DNA from: Ministeria vibrans ATCC 50519
Taxonomy: Eukaryota > Protista > Filasterea
NCBI GenBank assembly: GCA_943704425.1
Contig: CALSCP010000437.1
Span: 1-43,560, forward strand
DNA length: 43,560 nt
Reading direction: 5' to 3'
Shown: in pieces, positions 41,338-43,560 of the stretch
Layout: each line of letters starts with the position of its first letter
Numbering within the stretch: the stretch's first letter is position 1
Translations under genes and position numbers: made by a program
Notes under the pieces: model-generated
Database searches by the model: none
What the model saw: the letters and a program-made list of their open reading frames with translations, nothing else
Told to the model about the DNA's origin: nothing

Positions 41338-41613
41338 TCATTAATTTTGTAATTTGAAGGCGTGCGATCTTTCGAACTCCTTCAGTTCTTCGTACGTGTA
41401 TCGCGAGAGCGGACTTTTGTGTTCATCTCGGAGTGAATGGACGCTCCATCTTCTTGGGGCCAGTCTCTGGGTATTACTCTCTTTTGCTATTAACTGCATT
41501 GTGCTTTTCGGTTTGAGTAAACTTTTCCTCTTCATTTACTCCTACTCCTATGTTTATTTGTAACCGAGACCCGACTCGTGTCACCATGGCTTCATGATCT
41601 GACCTAACTTGCG

Positions 41614-43158
41614 TCATGTTGGGCTAAGAACATGCCGCATTACCTGCAGCGTTACCGTAAGCGCGGTGCCATTAACCCACTGGATTCCGTAGAGCACTGT
41701 GCTCTCGTTCAGGGCAACCACCGTCTGTCCCATGTTGTACATAGTATGCGGAAATAGCCCGTCATACGCGGGCGTACCAAGGTATACACGGTCTGCCTGT
41801 GCAAAGGCAGCATGTCCACTCGAGGGGTTGTAGTCAATGAAGGTCGGCACAAAGGTAAAAAGGTGTGAGCCGATGACTGTCGCGTTCGAAATGGTCTCCA
41901 TGCTGAACAGTCGCACTGTGTCCCCTTCGTGCTCCGCCCGTTTCAGCACCGGCTGTAACACCGGCTCAAACGCATTCTGGCCCATGTCGTTGCACGCTGG
42001 TCTCAGCGGAGACCAAAAGAGCGGTTCCTCTCCAATGACAAGCGATTGTGCCTCAACATCGGCACGTATCAGCACCCACGCAGCCATCGCAACAAAGCCA
42101 GGGTAGCAGTGGAGCATTTGGACGGTTGAGTTGGTGCACCACACGCGCACTCGTGCAAGCGCATGGGTCTGGTTGACGACGGCAATTCCCGGCCGTTGAT
42201 CCGGCGTGATATCGCGAGTCCCCGGTCCCTTCATGAATGGGGGGAAGGACCGGCTTGCCAGGATAGAAATGTTCAAATCCACTCTCAGTTGTGCCAGGGC
42301 AAGGGCAGTTGGTCCATCCTGGCATTGAGCGGACACAAGCAGTGTCATGTTGGCAGCATCCGCCACCTCAACGATAGGCATGGGTGTGTAGTCAAAGACG
42401 TCACAAGCCTGGCAGTAGCTATCACGCAGTGCCTGTGGCGCGCCCGCCACCACGCCACCGTCCCCATTGACACGGAATGCCTGCAGAGTTGAGGCATAGT
42501 TGAAAACATGGGAGTCAAACCCCATCACGAACATGTCATCGCGCACATATTTGACGCAGAAGTAGATGCTCATCGGGGCAAACGCAGCATTGAAAATGTT
42601 GGTCGTTTGCATGAGAACAGGCGCCGTGATGAAGTCGCCAAGGACGAATTTGAAGGTGTGCACGTTCACAAGTGGGTTGTTGTAGTTCGAGTTGTCAGGC
42701 AGCACCACCACAACAAGGCCTCCCTCGCCCACAGCGACCGCCTGTGTGTGATCGAACGCCATATCGGCCCAACTATAAAAAAAAAAGTACACACACAAGA
42801 GAGAAATCAGCATTTCGGTTCTAACCAAGCATACAAGCAAGGGTTCGACGTACTCGCATGAGGATGGTCCTACACCGGCAGCGTTGCCAAGTATCACCGT
42901 ACCATTGTCCGCAACGTAAATGCTTTGAAGGCTCATACTCTCTGAGTACTGACCACCCTCGACGATGCCAACGACACGATTCGGCTCCAGCAACTGCGCG
43001 GCAAACCCAAAGAACTGCCCTTGCACCCAATCACTCGAAGTAGTCTCAACCCAGCCGTTGGTGAAGGCGAAGTTGGTGGTGTTTGTGTTGACATTGAGCG
43101 AATAAGCGAGCGAAAGACTGACGAGGGCCACAAGAAAGACGCAGAAGGGCTTTAACAT
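41614..43158 (-). CDS. Hypothetical secreted beta-rich glycoprotein (one probable in-frame intron at ~42775-42835)
   Basis: Signal peptide MLKPFCVFLVALVSLSLA, several N-x-S/T sequons, scattered Cys, no TM segment. No family recognised. Confidence 0.65.
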   Translation of the reverse strand: MLKPFCVFLVALVSLSLAYSLNVNTNTTNFAFTNGWVETTSSDWVQGQFFGFAAQLLEPNRVVGIVEGGQYSESMSLQSIYVADNGTVILGNAAGVGPSSCEYVEPLLVCLVRTEMLISLLCVYFFFYSWADMAFDHTQAVAVGEGGLVVVVLPDNSNYNNPLVNVHTFKFVLGDFITAPVLMQTTNIFNAAFAPMSIYFCVKYVRDDMFVMGFDSHVFNYASTLQAFRVNGDGGVVAGAPQALRDSYCQACDVFDYTPMPIVEVADAANMTLLVSAQCQDGPTALALAQLRVDLNISILASRSFPPFMKGPGTRDITPDQRPGIAVVNQTHALARVRVWCTNSTVQMLHCYPGFVAMAAWVLIRADVEAQSLVIGEEPLFWSPLRPACNDMGQNAFEPVLQPVLKRAEHEGDTVRLFSMETISNATVIGSHLFTFVPTFIDYNPSSGHAAFAQADRVYLGTPAYDGLFPHTMYNMGQTVVALNESTVLYGIQWVNGTALTVTLQVMRHVLSPT

Positions 43159-43276
43159 ACTTCTCTACCCTGCGGTGACTGGTAAGTGTGGCTGTCAATG
43201 GATAGTGACTCAACTGTTCTGTGACGGAAAAGTGAGAAAATTCAGTGGTGATCTCATCGTTCGCTTATTTTTTGTT

Positions 43277-43560
43277 CCATGGAGAATGCGACGAGTCTCA
43301 ACAAAGAACAGGGGATGAGGAAAAGCGATGTGACTGAAGTCTTTCGTTCGTCTTTCGTCTAAATAGTAATTAATAGAAGAAGAAGAATACAACCCATTAT
43401 AAATAGTAATTAATAGAAGAAGAAGAATACAACCCATTTATTATAGTACGGAGTAATTAATAGAAGAAGAAGAATACAACCCATTTATTAATGATACAGT
43501 CACCACGCGAAGACACAGCCAGACCGCCTTGCAAACTCGACCGAAACTCTAGAGGTAACA
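43277..43560 (-). mobile_element. Retrotransposon 3' end (copy 5, runs off the window) with three tail repeats plus ~85 bp identical to the syntrophin 5' leader
   Basis: 43277-43560 matches 36841-~37077 except for one extra tail unit and small changes within the tail units. Confidence 0.85.

Overview
Compact, intron-rich eukaryotic genomic DNA with many (CT)n, (CA)n and (AAT)n intronic microsatellites and two N-gaps. Gene content (Homer-type EVH1 protein, syntrophin, INTS4, AP-4 epsilon, EGF-repeat membrane protein) suggests a unicellular relative of animals (inference). Genes in order: a secreted beta-helix/PAN protein (partial), AP4E1, RPS21, ECHDC3, a PRELI-family protein, an EGF-repeat type-I membrane protein, GBA2, a malic enzyme, QNG1, INTS4, a Zn-finger SDR, a Homer-like EVH1 protein, an unknown coiled-coil protein, syntrophin, a Roc-COR-like GTPase and an unknown secreted protein. 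Five 5'-truncated or partial copies of one non-LTR retrotransposon are present, two with clear target-site duplications. The top finding is a circularly permuted tRNA-Lys(TTT) gene at 11050-11181 (3' half upstream of 5' half) that also carries a non-canonical bulge-helix-bulge-like intron in the T-stem; it reassembles into a perfectly paired cloverleaf. Other notable findings are a malic enzyme with an apparent signal peptide and C-terminal NEDL (candidate ER-lumenal enzyme) and an apparent LINE 3' transduction of the syntrophin 5' leader. Exon boundaries were read by eye and are approximate.
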